From a virus, in the IMG/VR virus record IMGVR_UViG_3300025121_000006: a DNA stretch of 45,959 nt; one strand, written 5' to 3'. A model generated the notes under the pieces. It was not told the origin of the DNA, searched no databases, and was given only the letters and a program-made list of their open reading frames with translations. How positions within the stretch are numbered: position 1 is the stretch's first letter; the number at the start of each line of letters is the position of its first letter. Positions 32,966-40,140 of this stretch are shown one piece after another. A program made the translations under genes and the position numbers.

Positions 32966-33814
32966 ATGGATATCTTAAATAATCATTTTGTTCAGGCGCC
33001 GACGGGGCTGATTGTGCCGGAATATGTCGCTGACGAGGTTTATAATGCACACAAGCCGATTCGGGGGATAGACCTTTTTGCCGGGTGCGGGGGCTTTTCG
33101 CTTGGGATGATACGGGCGGGCGTCGAAATTGTCGCGGCTGTGGAATGGGACGCTGCTGCGGCTTTGACCTATATGTACAACCTTGGGACATATCCCTGCA
33201 AGTTTCATTTCGTCGAGCAAAAAAATCAGGAGGATTTTGAAAAAGAGGTGAAGCGGTCGATAGGTGAACACAAGAAGCTAAATAAACAGGGGTACGACAG
33301 GCCGTGCATGGCCGGGCAAGGATGGATTTCGCATTATCCGCACGTAAAGGGCGTCAGTCACTTTTGGCTGGGTGACGTAAGGAAAGTTAAAGGCAGTGAA
33401 ATACTGGAATCGCTTGGGTTGGAAAAAGGCGGCATTGATATTATCTGCGGCGGACCGCCGTGCCAGGGGTTCAGCCATGCCGGTAAAAGACAGGTTATGG
33501 ACCCGCGAAATTCGCTTGTATTTGAATTTGCCCGGCTGATTTGCGAAATCAGCCCCAAGACGTTTGTGATGGAAAATGTCACGGGGATTATATCAATGGT
33601 GACGCCTGAGGGCATCGGCGTTATCGACGCTTTTTGTCATATTCTTGAGGACGGCGGTTTTGGAAGCTATGACGCGATGAAAAAGGCGATGGCTATGCAG
33701 GCGGGAAACATGGGCGCCGTCAAGACTAAAGCGAAACAGGGAAAGGTTAAAGATGCAGATGACGCAGACGAAGACAATGTCGAGGTGGAAGATAAGCAGT
33801 TGCAGTTATTTTGA
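32966..33814 (+). CDS. C5-cytosine DNA methyltransferase-like protein, truncated after motif VI
   Basis: Motif I 'DLFAGCGGFSLG', motif IV 'GGPPCQGFS' and motif VI 'MENVTG' are present. No QxRxR, TRD or motifs IX/X follow. The tail is acidic. Confidence 0.65.
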   Translation: MDILNNHFVQAPTGLIVPEYVADEVYNAHKPIRGIDLFAGCGGFSLGMIRAGVEIVAAVEWDAAAALTYMYNLGTYPCKFHFVEQKNQEDFEKEVKRSIGEHKKLNKQGYDRPCMAGQGWISHYPHVKGVSHFWLGDVRKVKGSEILESLGLEKGGIDIICGGPPCQGFSHAGKRQVMDPRNSLVFEFARLICEISPKTFVMENVTGIISMVTPEGIGVIDAFCHILEDGGFGSYDAMKKAMAMQAGNMGAVKTKAKQGKVKDADDADEDNVEVEDKQLQLF

Positions 33815-33865
33815 ACTGTGAACTAGGGGCTAAAAACTAAGAACTGACAGAGGCAAAGGATTGCA

Positions 33866-34702
33866 GTGAGTAAGAATAGAAACCATGACAAGAAACAGCA
33901 GGAATTACCGCGAAAATTCAAGGCGTTAATTATCCCGCGTGAGATATGGCTCGATGGAAATCTTTCGATTCAGGAGAAGGCGTTTTTGGCTGAAATCGAC
34001 AGCCTCGACCACGACGACAAGGGCTGCTATGCATCGAACAGTTACTTCGCAAAATTCTTCCATATATCCATCCGGCAGGCGCAGAGAGTTATCGGAAAAC
34101 TGGCCGAAAAAAAGCTGTTAAAAATAGAGGTAAATCAGGCCAAAGGCAATACCCGAATTTTAAGTTTGCTTACGACAGAAACGTCGCTACCCCCTCACGA
34201 CAAAAGTGTCGTGACCCCCTCACGACAAAAGTGTCGTGACCCCCTTACGACAGAAACGTCGTTACCTTACGACAAAAGTGTCGTGACCCCTCACGACATT
34301 TTGGGCGCGCACAATAAGGAATATAGAACAATACCAATCCCAATAGGGATTGGAGAGATAAAAATAAAGACAACAGCCAAAGAATTGGGGATTGATAATT
34401 TATCTGAAAAAGGGTTGGGATTGGGGCTTGAAATTGCGAAAAAAAGGATGTGGTTTTGCGGCGAGCTCGGAAAGATTTTTTCGATGACTGAAAACGAGGC
34501 GGTAACATTCGCCCGGATAGCAAGACATCTGGAGGAGATGGTCAGGACGGGCGGTGTGGGCGCAGGGGTTTTCACCGAGGCGATAGGCTGGGCGAAAGAG
34601 GCAAGGGCAAGTACCGCGATTAACAAAAAGGGGCTGTTCGTCAAGAAGGTCAAACAGGAGACGGGATTTGCCGCGCAGAGTCGCATGCTGCGAAAAATTT
34701 AA
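33866..34702 (+). CDS. replication initiator (winged-helix/HTH) containing its own iteron array
   Basis: GTG start with SD AAAGGA. 'IPREIWLDGNLSIQEKAFLAEIDSL...YFAKFFHISIRQAQRVIGKLAEKKLL' is an HTH typical of phage replication organisers. The iterons lie at 34169-34298. Confidence 0.6.
   Translation: MSKNRNHDKKQQELPRKFKALIIPREIWLDGNLSIQEKAFLAEIDSLDHDDKGCYASNSYFAKFFHISIRQAQRVIGKLAEKKLLKIEVNQAKGNTRILSLLTTETSLPPHDKSVVTPSRQKCRDPLTTETSLPYDKSVVTPHDILGAHNKEYRTIPIPIGIGEIKIKTTAKELGIDNLSEKGLGLGLEIAKKRMWFCGELGKIFSMTENEAVTFARIARHLEEMVRTGGVGAGVFTEAIGWAKEARASTAINKKGLFVKKVKQETGFAAQSRMLRKI
34169..34298. repeat. iteron array (candidate origin of replication) inside the initiator gene
   Basis: Five and a fraction direct repeats of ~23-25 bp. 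Three are CTCACGACAAAAGTGTCGTGACCCC-type and two are CTTACGACAGAAACGTCGYTACC-type, and each has an internal ACGAC..GTCGT inverted repeat. Confidence 0.7.
34299..34440. promoter_or_regulatory. AT-rich stretch with inverted repeat next to the iterons (candidate unwinding region)
   Basis: CCAATCCCaataGGGATTGG (34334-34353) plus further GGGATTG boxes in an AT-rich background. Confidence 0.45.
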
Positions 34703-34759
34703 CCACGGATTTTCACGGATGAAAAATATTAACCACGAAGGACACGAAAGGGCACGAAG
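34699..34759 (+). repeat. junction element: B units + A units x3 ending at an ATG
   Basis: TTAACCACGGATTTTCACGGATG...ATTAACCACGAAGGACACGAAAGGGCACGAAG followed by ATG. Confidence 0.9.
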
Positions 34760-35113
34760 ATGAGAAATGGAAAATCACAAATGTTGCGGCCATGCCCTGT
34801 TGAGTTCGATGATAAAAAAACGCCGTGGTGGGCGGAGCCCAGACGCGATGAACTTATCGGCAGGGTTCGGCTGGCTTTTACGATTATTCACGGGGCGAAT
34901 GCCAAGATTGCGGATGAATTCAAAACCGAGGACCTGCGGGCAATAGGCGGCGACGCGGCGACGGTCAAGACAAACGCTATCGGTAAGATTCGCAATATGG
35001 CCGCGAGGCGGGGGTATCGGCGGATAATAATACACAAAATTTGGATGGAAACAGCCGTGTTAACCGCAGATTTCGCAGATTACGCTGAGTCAAGAAAGGC
35101 AGGTAAAAAATGA
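34760..35113 (+). CDS. hypothetical protein
   Basis: 117 aa. The ATG directly follows an A-type element, and the C-terminus is encoded by a C-type element. Confidence 0.45.
   Translation: MRNGKSQMLRPCPVEFDDKKTPWWAEPRRDELIGRVRLAFTIIHGANAKIADEFKTEDLRAIGGDAATVKTNAIGKIRNMAARRGYRRIIIHKIWMETAVLTADFADYAESRKAGKK
35049..35089 (+). repeat. AACAGCC + C units, in frame at the 3' end of a CDS
   Basis: AAACAGCCGTGTTAACCGCAGATTTCGCAGATTACGCTGAG. Confidence 0.9.
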
Positions 35114-35400
35114 GTTGGGGCGAACGAAGTTGTAAAACACCATGCAGGGTGGAAAAATGCACGTTTGAGACCTGCAATGTGGATTGCCCGGAATATCAGT
35201 GGGATGGCAATACGGAGCCGGATAGTAAACCATCGCCAAAGGTAACGGAAAAGCAATTTTATAAATCCAAGTACAAAGATACGAGATTTGTGCCGGCGTT
35301 AAAATCTCGAAGGATCGGCAGAAACGATTTGTGTCCCTGCGGTTCGGGGAGGAAATACAAAAAGTGTCACGGGGATTTTCAATCAGCGAAATCTGCGTAA
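35110..35400 (+). CDS. SEC-C motif (zinc-binding) protein
   Basis: The C-terminal '[14 protein letters not shown]' is the SecA-type SEC-C metal-binding motif. An ATGA overlap joins it to the upstream gene. Confidence 0.6.
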   Translation: MSWGERSCKTPCRVEKCTFETCNVDCPEYQWDGNTEPDSKPSPKVTEKQFYKSKYKDTRFVPALKSRRIGRNDLCPCGSGRKYKKCHGDFQSAKSA

Positions 35401-35413
35401 TCAGCGTTTAAGG
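35381..35413 (-). repeat. junction element: C units, reverse
   Basis: AATCAGCGAAATCTGCGTAATCAGCGTTTAAGG. It contains the stop of the upstream gene. Confidence 0.9.
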
Positions 35414-35420
35414 AAAAATT

Positions 35421-35675
35421 ATGGAAATCTTGGGTTTGGTTTCGGGATGTTTTGCGGTTGCCGGTGTGGTGTTGAATAACCGGCTAAACAGGGCATGTTT
35501 TATCCTCTGGCTGCTAAGTAACGCCGCAAGCGGCGTCATTCACGTAGAGACAGGCGTTTGGTCGCTTGCTCTGCGGGATGCGGTGTTTTTTGTGCTGGCG
35601 GCGGAAGGATGGTTTCTATGGTCGAAAAGAAATATTAACCACAAAGGGCACGAAGGGACACAAGAAGGATGGTAA
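35421..35675 (+). CDS. small 3-TM membrane protein (PnuC-like?)
   Basis: 84 aa with three hydrophobic segments and a 'GWFLWSKR' end, resembling short phage PnuC-like proteins. The similarity is weak. Confidence 0.35.
   Translation: MEILGLVSGCFAVAGVVLNNRLNRACFILWLLSNAASGVIHVETGVWSLALRDAVFFVLAAEGWFLWSKRNINHKGHEGTQEGW
35634..35668 (+). repeat. junction element: A units x3 ending at an ATG
   Basis: ATTAACCACAAAGGGCACGAAGGGACACAAGAAGG followed by ATG. Confidence 0.85.
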
Positions 35676-35998
35676 TTTTGATTATTGCGGTGTTGTTTGC
35701 TTTTGGCGAGACTGCGTATTTCGGCTTTAATCCGCATCCGGCAAGTTTCGCCGAATGGGTGTGCGATATGATAGCTTTATTTCTGGGTTTTTTGGGGGTA
35801 TGCCGCATCGGTTACAGCAGAGGCCAAGATGCCGCGAAAAAAGAATATGAAGCAAAAATAGAAAACAACCGTGCCACAGAGGTCACAGAGGAAAAGTTGG
35901 CTGATTTGCTTTGGAAAACTTGTTCATTTAGGCCGGATATAAACTGTATGGTGGATGAAGATTGTACAGATTGTCTGCATAATCCAGAAATCGTTTAG
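35669..35998 (+). CDS. membrane protein with Cys-rich C-terminus
   Basis: 109 aa with two TM segments. A degenerate A-type element is translated in frame (ENNRATEVTEEK) between the two halves. Confidence 0.45.
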   Translation: MVILIIAVLFAFGETAYFGFNPHPASFAEWVCDMIALFLGFLGVCRIGYSRGQDAAKKEYEAKIENNRATEVTEEKLADLLWKTCSFRPDINCMVDEDCTDCLHNPEIV

Positions 35999-36005
35999 GT
36001 GAATT

Positions 36006-36902
36006 ATGAAAAAGCGTGGCAGAAAACAGTTCGGGTTTTATCAGGACGAGAAGGCGGTTATCGAGATAGTCAAACTCAAGAGCCGCAGGCGCCGGGATGG
36101 CAAAACTCCGTCGTACCGCCAGATAGCAAGCGAACTAAACGCCGAGGGTCATAAGACGCAGTCGGGCAGGCAGTTCGCCGCGCAGACGGTCAAGAATATA
36201 ATTTTAGCGATAGCAGGCGGTCAGGCTGTCAAGAGGAAAAAACAGGTCAGGAAAACAAGTCTGGGCACATGCGATTATCTGACCCGAAAGCAGTTAAGGC
36301 TTGTATGCGGGGTTTGCCGTGATCAGCGGGATGAGATAATCGTGGCTATGCTGGTCGGGGCGGGCCTTCGGGCGAGCGAGGCGTGCGCACTGGAGATTCG
36401 GGATTTGGGTATTTTCGGGGGTAAAAGCCAGATCGATGTCAGGAGGGGCAAAGGGTCAAAGCAGCGGGTGATTTTCATCAGTCCTGAACTGGCGGAAAAG
36501 CTGCGGGTCTGGGTCAGGGCTTACCGCAATGACGCCGGGGCGAAGGGTAAGGTTTTGGTTACGGAGGACTGGACGGATATGAATTACGATACGCTTTATA
36601 AGCGGGTAAAAAAAATAGGGATACTTGCCGCAATGAGCTGGCTGCATCCGCATTGCCTGCGGCACACATTCGCTACGCTTTTATACGATAACAGAAAAGA
36701 CGTTTTTTTCGTTAAAGAGCAGCTCGGACACGCCAGTATCGCGACAACGGAGATTTACGCTAAGACGTTGACAAAGGATAAGTTAGAGCAGATGAAAAGT
36801 TTCGGCAGGGAGTTTGACGGCCTGTTTTCCGGCCAGACGATTACAGAGACTATAAGAGAAAAGAGAATAAAAGACATAAACGATGAAAATAAAGGAAGTT
36901 AA
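36006..36902 (+). CDS. second tyrosine recombinase with N-terminal HTH
   Basis: 'HCLRHTFATLLYDN...LGHASIATTEIYAK' is a catalytic signature. The N-terminal 'SYRQIASELNAEGHKTQSGRQFAAQTVKNI' is an HTH-like segment. Confidence 0.8.
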   Translation: MKKRGRKQFGFYQDEKAVIEIVKLKSRRRRDGKTPSYRQIASELNAEGHKTQSGRQFAAQTVKNIILAIAGGQAVKRKKQVRKTSLGTCDYLTRKQLRLVCGVCRDQRDEIIVAMLVGAGLRASEACALEIRDLGIFGGKSQIDVRRGKGSKQRVIFISPELAEKLRVWVRAYRNDAGAKGKVLVTEDWTDMNYDTLYKRVKKIGILAAMSWLHPHCLRHTFATLLYDNRKDVFFVKEQLGHASIATTEIYAKTLTKDKLEQMKSFGREFDGLFSGQTITETIREKRIKDINDENKGS

Positions 36903-36978
36903 ATCGGGATTGGATAGTTTTATGATTTACATAGTTTCTTCAGTAAAAAGTGACACAGTGACAAGGAAGTGACAAATT

Positions 36979-37746
36979 ATGGCTAAGGATGGCAATAAAA
37001 CTGGGACCAAAGAATGGGCGGAAACGACGGTGAACTGCGTGGTTGGGTGCAGCCACGACTGCCGGTACTGCTACGCGAGGGAGATGGCCGAGCGGTACGG
37101 CAGGGTAAGGAGGGGTTTATGGCAGTTCGAGAAGCCGGATTTTGTGAGGGTACACCGCAAATACGGGAAAAAGAAGGGTAGGATAATGTTCCCTTCTGCC
37201 CACGATATAACGCCCGCCGTTTTGCCGCATTGCCTTGTTGTTCTGGAAAGTATGCTCAAGGCGGGTAATGACGTGCTGATAGTAAGCAAACCGCATACCG
37301 AATGTATCACGGCGATTTGCTGGATGTTTGAGGAGTTCAAGGAAAAAATTGAATTTAGATTTACGATAGGTTCGGCGGATAACGATATCCTTCGATTCTG
37401 GGAGCCTGGGGCGCCGGATTTTGCCGAGAGGCTTAGCTGCCTCAAGCACGCATTCGATAACGGATTTAAGACAAGCGTATCCTGCGAGCCGTATCTGGAC
37501 GCTTATGTGGTTTATACATATTCCGCGTGCCTGCCGTATCTGACCGAGTCGTTTTGGGTGGGGAAGTTGCGGGATTTTAAGCGGAGGGTTGATACAAGCG
37601 GTTTGACGCAGGCCGAACTCGAACAGTTTGATTTGCCCCTGCAGGCGGTGCAGTCGGATTACATAGTGCGAAGTATCTATGGCCTATTGGATGGCCAGAG
37701 GTTTATCAAGTGGAAGGACAGTTTTCGCAAGGTCATTGGGATATGA
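36979..37746 (+). CDS. radical SAM protein (SplB/DNA-photolyase-like family)
   Basis: 'VGCSHDCRYCYAR' contains the canonical CxxxCxxC cluster motif in the context typical of the COG1533-type family. Confidence 0.6.
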   Translation: MAKDGNKTGTKEWAETTVNCVVGCSHDCRYCYAREMAERYGRVRRGLWQFEKPDFVRVHRKYGKKKGRIMFPSAHDITPAVLPHCLVVLESMLKAGNDVLIVSKPHTECITAICWMFEEFKEKIEFRFTIGSADNDILRFWEPGAPDFAERLSCLKHAFDNGFKTSVSCEPYLDAYVVYTYSACLPYLTESFWVGKLRDFKRRVDTSGLTQAELEQFDLPLQAVQSDYIVRSIYGLLDGQRFIKWKDSFRKVIGI

Positions 37747-38111
37747 GTGTATCGTTTAATAAACTGGCAGAGGAGTTTCTGGATGGCAAAGGCGCAGCCG
37801 ATATCTGCCTGGAGTATCATGTAACGTACTACCGGTTTCGCCATGAAACGGTTAGGCGGATAGGCATTGACAGGTGGAAGGTGTTGTCGGCAAAAAACAA
37901 GGACGATGGCAGAAAAACCGGCGGCAGGAAACAGGCCGAGCCGACAATTGAACAGACGGAAGACGCAAAATGCGCGGGGTTTGAATCTTATACCGAGTGC
38001 CAGATATGCGGTAATGAGGACAAAAAGAAATTTGATAAATTCGGCAGGTGTCTTTGCTGCATGACGGGCGGGTATGTTGTCGAAACGAAAAGGCCGGTAA
38101 TTTTGCGGTGA
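37743..38111 (+). CDS. HTH plus zinc-ribbon protein
   Basis: An ATGA overlap joins it to the radical SAM gene. The C-terminus is 'CQICGNEDKKKFDKFGRCLCC'. Confidence 0.45.
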   Translation: MSVSFNKLAEEFLDGKGAADICLEYHVTYYRFRHETVRRIGIDRWKVLSAKNKDDGRKTGGRKQAEPTIEQTEDAKCAGFESYTECQICGNEDKKKFDKFGRCLCCMTGGYVVETKRPVILR

Positions 38112-38368
38112 GAACGCTGATATTCATCTTGGTTGTTTGGTTAACGGCGTCGAGTTTCGGGGCGTATCAGTGGATACGCATTGAAAGAGCGGTTGCAGAT
38201 AAAGTATTGCGGGGCAGGCGGGTTGAAATAACTTTAGAAACGTTTTCGGCCAAAGGCAATTGGTTGCGGGAAAAGACAACTGACGGGGTTCTGTTAGGTG
38301 ACTTGAATAATGACGGGACCGTAAACTTTGTTGATTTCGCTATTTATCAAAAGGATTACAAAAAATGA
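38108..38368 (+). CDS. signal-anchored protein with dockerin-like motif
   Basis: GTGA overlap start. It carries the TM segment 'LIFILVVWLTASSFG' and the motif 'LGDLNNDGTVNFVDFAIY'. Confidence 0.4.
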   Translation: MRTLIFILVVWLTASSFGAYQWIRIERAVADKVLRGRRVEITLETFSAKGNWLREKTTDGVLLGDLNNDGTVNFVDFAIYQKDYKK

Positions 38369-38625
38369 AAAAATGGATTCCGGTAATTTGGTTAATGGCG
38401 TTTGTCGGAGGTTGCACGAATACAGATGTTCGGACGGATGGCTGGAGTCTGCAGATGAGCCGGCTTTTAACCGATACGGAGTTCGATAAGGCCAGCGTGC
38501 GAATCGAGCCAAACGATGTGGTGACAATAACTTTTGAGAAGTTCAAAAGCGAAGGGCAGCAGATGGCGGAAATACTGGAAAAGGTAATTCCTGCCGCCGC
38601 AGTGGGGGCAGGAATGGCACAATGA
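38365..38625 (+). CDS. lipoprotein
   Basis: 'MKKWIPVIWLMAFVGGC' is a signal peptide plus lipobox. The start overlaps the upstream stop as ATGA. Confidence 0.5.
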   Translation: MKKWIPVIWLMAFVGGCTNTDVRTDGWSLQMSRLLTDTEFDKASVRIEPNDVVTITFEKFKSEGQQMAEILEKVIPAAAVGAGMAQ

Positions 38626-38786
38626 AGAAAGGTGGGGAAAAAATTTGCGGGCATTGCAGGTATTACAATGAAAACCCTGACGAAATTAAAAACGGCTGGT
38701 GCAATCACCCAAACCAGGTCGCAGATAAAGAATGTAATTATTATCAAAGCTGTAATTTATTCAGCAAAGAAAGGAGTCTTGAATGA
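38622..38786 (+). CDS. small Cys-rich protein (54 aa)
   Basis: ATGA overlaps at both ends and a CxxC...C...C pattern. It is below the ORF-track cutoff. Confidence 0.4.
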   Translation: MKKGGEKICGHCRYYNENPDEIKNGWCNHPNQVADKECNYYQSCNLFSKERSLE

Positions 38787-39514
38787 AGTTTTCAGCAATC
38801 AGGTTTAATGACAGGGATGTTGTTTTGTTTCGGGGAAAAGGGCTTATAAGCGCGGCGATAATAATATTCTGCTCGCTGTTTAAGGGCAGGCTGCTGCGGG
38901 ACTGGATTACTAAAAAGAAGCGGTATTCGCATATCGGGCGAATAGTGATAATGACGCAGGAACTGGTAAACCTGATGAGGCAGAAGATAGGAATCGGGCT
39001 GGAAACAATTCAGCATTTTCAGGATAACGTGGGAAAGCCGTTTCTTTTGGAGAGTACTACGATGGACGTGGGGCTTGAGACATTTAACGGCGTGAGGCTG
39101 GTTCTGATGGCCGATATTGTAGAGTATTACAGGGGCCTGATTGTGTGGCGTGCGTTTAAGATATTCAGGGACGGGGTCTGGAACGGCGATTCCAAGTATA
39201 TCAAAGGATTGACCGAGCAGGAGAGGCGGGCGTATTATCAGTTTATCTTCGATACGTACCATAAGCCTTATGAACAACATGGTTTTGAACTTGCGGGCAT
39301 GGGTACGCCCTGGCAGACAGGCAAAAATAACAATAGCGATTTCGCGTGCTCGGAGCACAGCGCCCGATTCGATATCAGTATGGGTCTGCTGAAACGCAAG
39401 GCCAACGAGTTCAGCCCGCAAAATTACGCAATGGGCGACGCGGTGGATTGGGAACTGGCAATGCACGATTTTACCTGCTGCCTTGGGCGTGAAATCGAGA
39501 TAGAAAAAGGGTGA
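38783..39514 (+). CDS. permuted papain-fold (YiiX/NlpC-P60-like) peptidase candidate
   Basis: 'DVVLFRGKGLISAAI...YSHIGRIV...LLESTT..GV' followed by 'FACSEHSARF' fits the His-then-Cys order of YiiX-like amidases. Confidence 0.4.
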   Translation: MKFSAIRFNDRDVVLFRGKGLISAAIIIFCSLFKGRLLRDWITKKKRYSHIGRIVIMTQELVNLMRQKIGIGLETIQHFQDNVGKPFLLESTTMDVGLETFNGVRLVLMADIVEYYRGLIVWRAFKIFRDGVWNGDSKYIKGLTEQERRAYYQFIFDTYHKPYEQHGFELAGMGTPWQTGKNNNSDFACSEHSARFDISMGLLKRKANEFSPQNYAMGDAVDWELAMHDFTCCLGREIEIEKG

Positions 39515-39521
39515 ATTGCAA

Positions 39522-39698
39522 ATGCGGGTTCTGCGGGAATGCAAGGCTGCTTTACGTGAACTGCCATTAACTAAATTCGACGACAAAACGGAAGAACTTA
39601 TCAATCACGCGATAATATACCTTGATATGGTTATCAGGGATCGTGAAAAGACAGTAGAGGCGATAAGAGAGGCGCAGAGGGCAGAGTTGGAAGGCTAA
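39522..39698 (+). CDS. small hypothetical protein
   Basis: 58 aa from the ATG. A TTG at 39516 is an alternative start. Confidence 0.4.
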   Translation: MRVLRECKAALRELPLTKFDDKTEELINHAIIYLDMVIRDREKTVEAIREAQRAELEG

Positions 39699-39710
39699 CG
39701 AGGCTGTAAG

Positions 39711-40100
39711 ATGGGAATGGATGTAAAACGGAAAACTGAAAAAGTTAAATGTTACCCAGGGGAGAAGATGAGCGAAGTAACGGAAAGTTTCTATTGTCGC
39801 AATTGCGGCAAGGAATTGTCACGATCGCAAGTTGTTTCGGGTATTTTGCCGGATTGTGAAAGTGAAGATTATAATAAGAAACGGACGGCGGGCATGGACG
39901 CCGAAAACAACAAGCAACCAGTAACCAGTAACCGGCAACCAGTCTGCGGGTTCTGCGAATCGGGGCCGGTCGAAAAGGACGGGCTTTGCAAAGGCTGCTA
40001 TAACGTGTGGGCAGAGCATCAGCACATGATTAAGAACCTGCTGGATATGCAAAAGATAGTGAAGAATAGCAGGAATAGGATAAGTGAACAGCCGGTGTAA
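39711..40100 (+). CDS. zinc-finger-like Cys-rich protein
   Basis: 'CRNCGKE' and 'CGFCESGPVEKDGLCKGC'. It contains an in-frame AACCAGT heptamer run, and the stop lies inside a junction element. Confidence 0.45.
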   Translation: MGMDVKRKTEKVKCYPGEKMSEVTESFYCRNCGKELSRSQVVSGILPDCESEDYNKKRTAGMDAENNKQPVTSNRQPVCGFCESGPVEKDGLCKGCYNVWAEHQHMIKNLLDMQKIVKNSRNRISEQPV

Positions 40101-40131
40101 CCGCGGATTTCGCAGATTACACGGAGTTAAG
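40086..40131 (+). repeat. junction element: AACAGCC + B/C hybrid units
   Basis: GAACAGCCGGTGTAACCGCGGATTTCGCAGATTACACGGAGTTAAG. Confidence 0.9.
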
Positions 40132-40140
40132 AAAGAGAAA

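Noticed and set aside
34169-34298. The iteron repeats as another family of junction elements.
   Set aside because: The unit length (~25 bp), the internal dyad symmetry, the single location inside the initiator gene and the adjoining AT-rich region all fit an origin rather than the dispersed 9-10-nt unit arrays.
38792-39604. A 270-aa minus-strand ORF antisense to 38783-39514.
   Set aside because: Its composition is R/H/P/L-rich and not protein-like, and it has no SD. The plus-strand ORF has recognisable His/Cys peptidase motifs and is translationally coupled to its neighbours.
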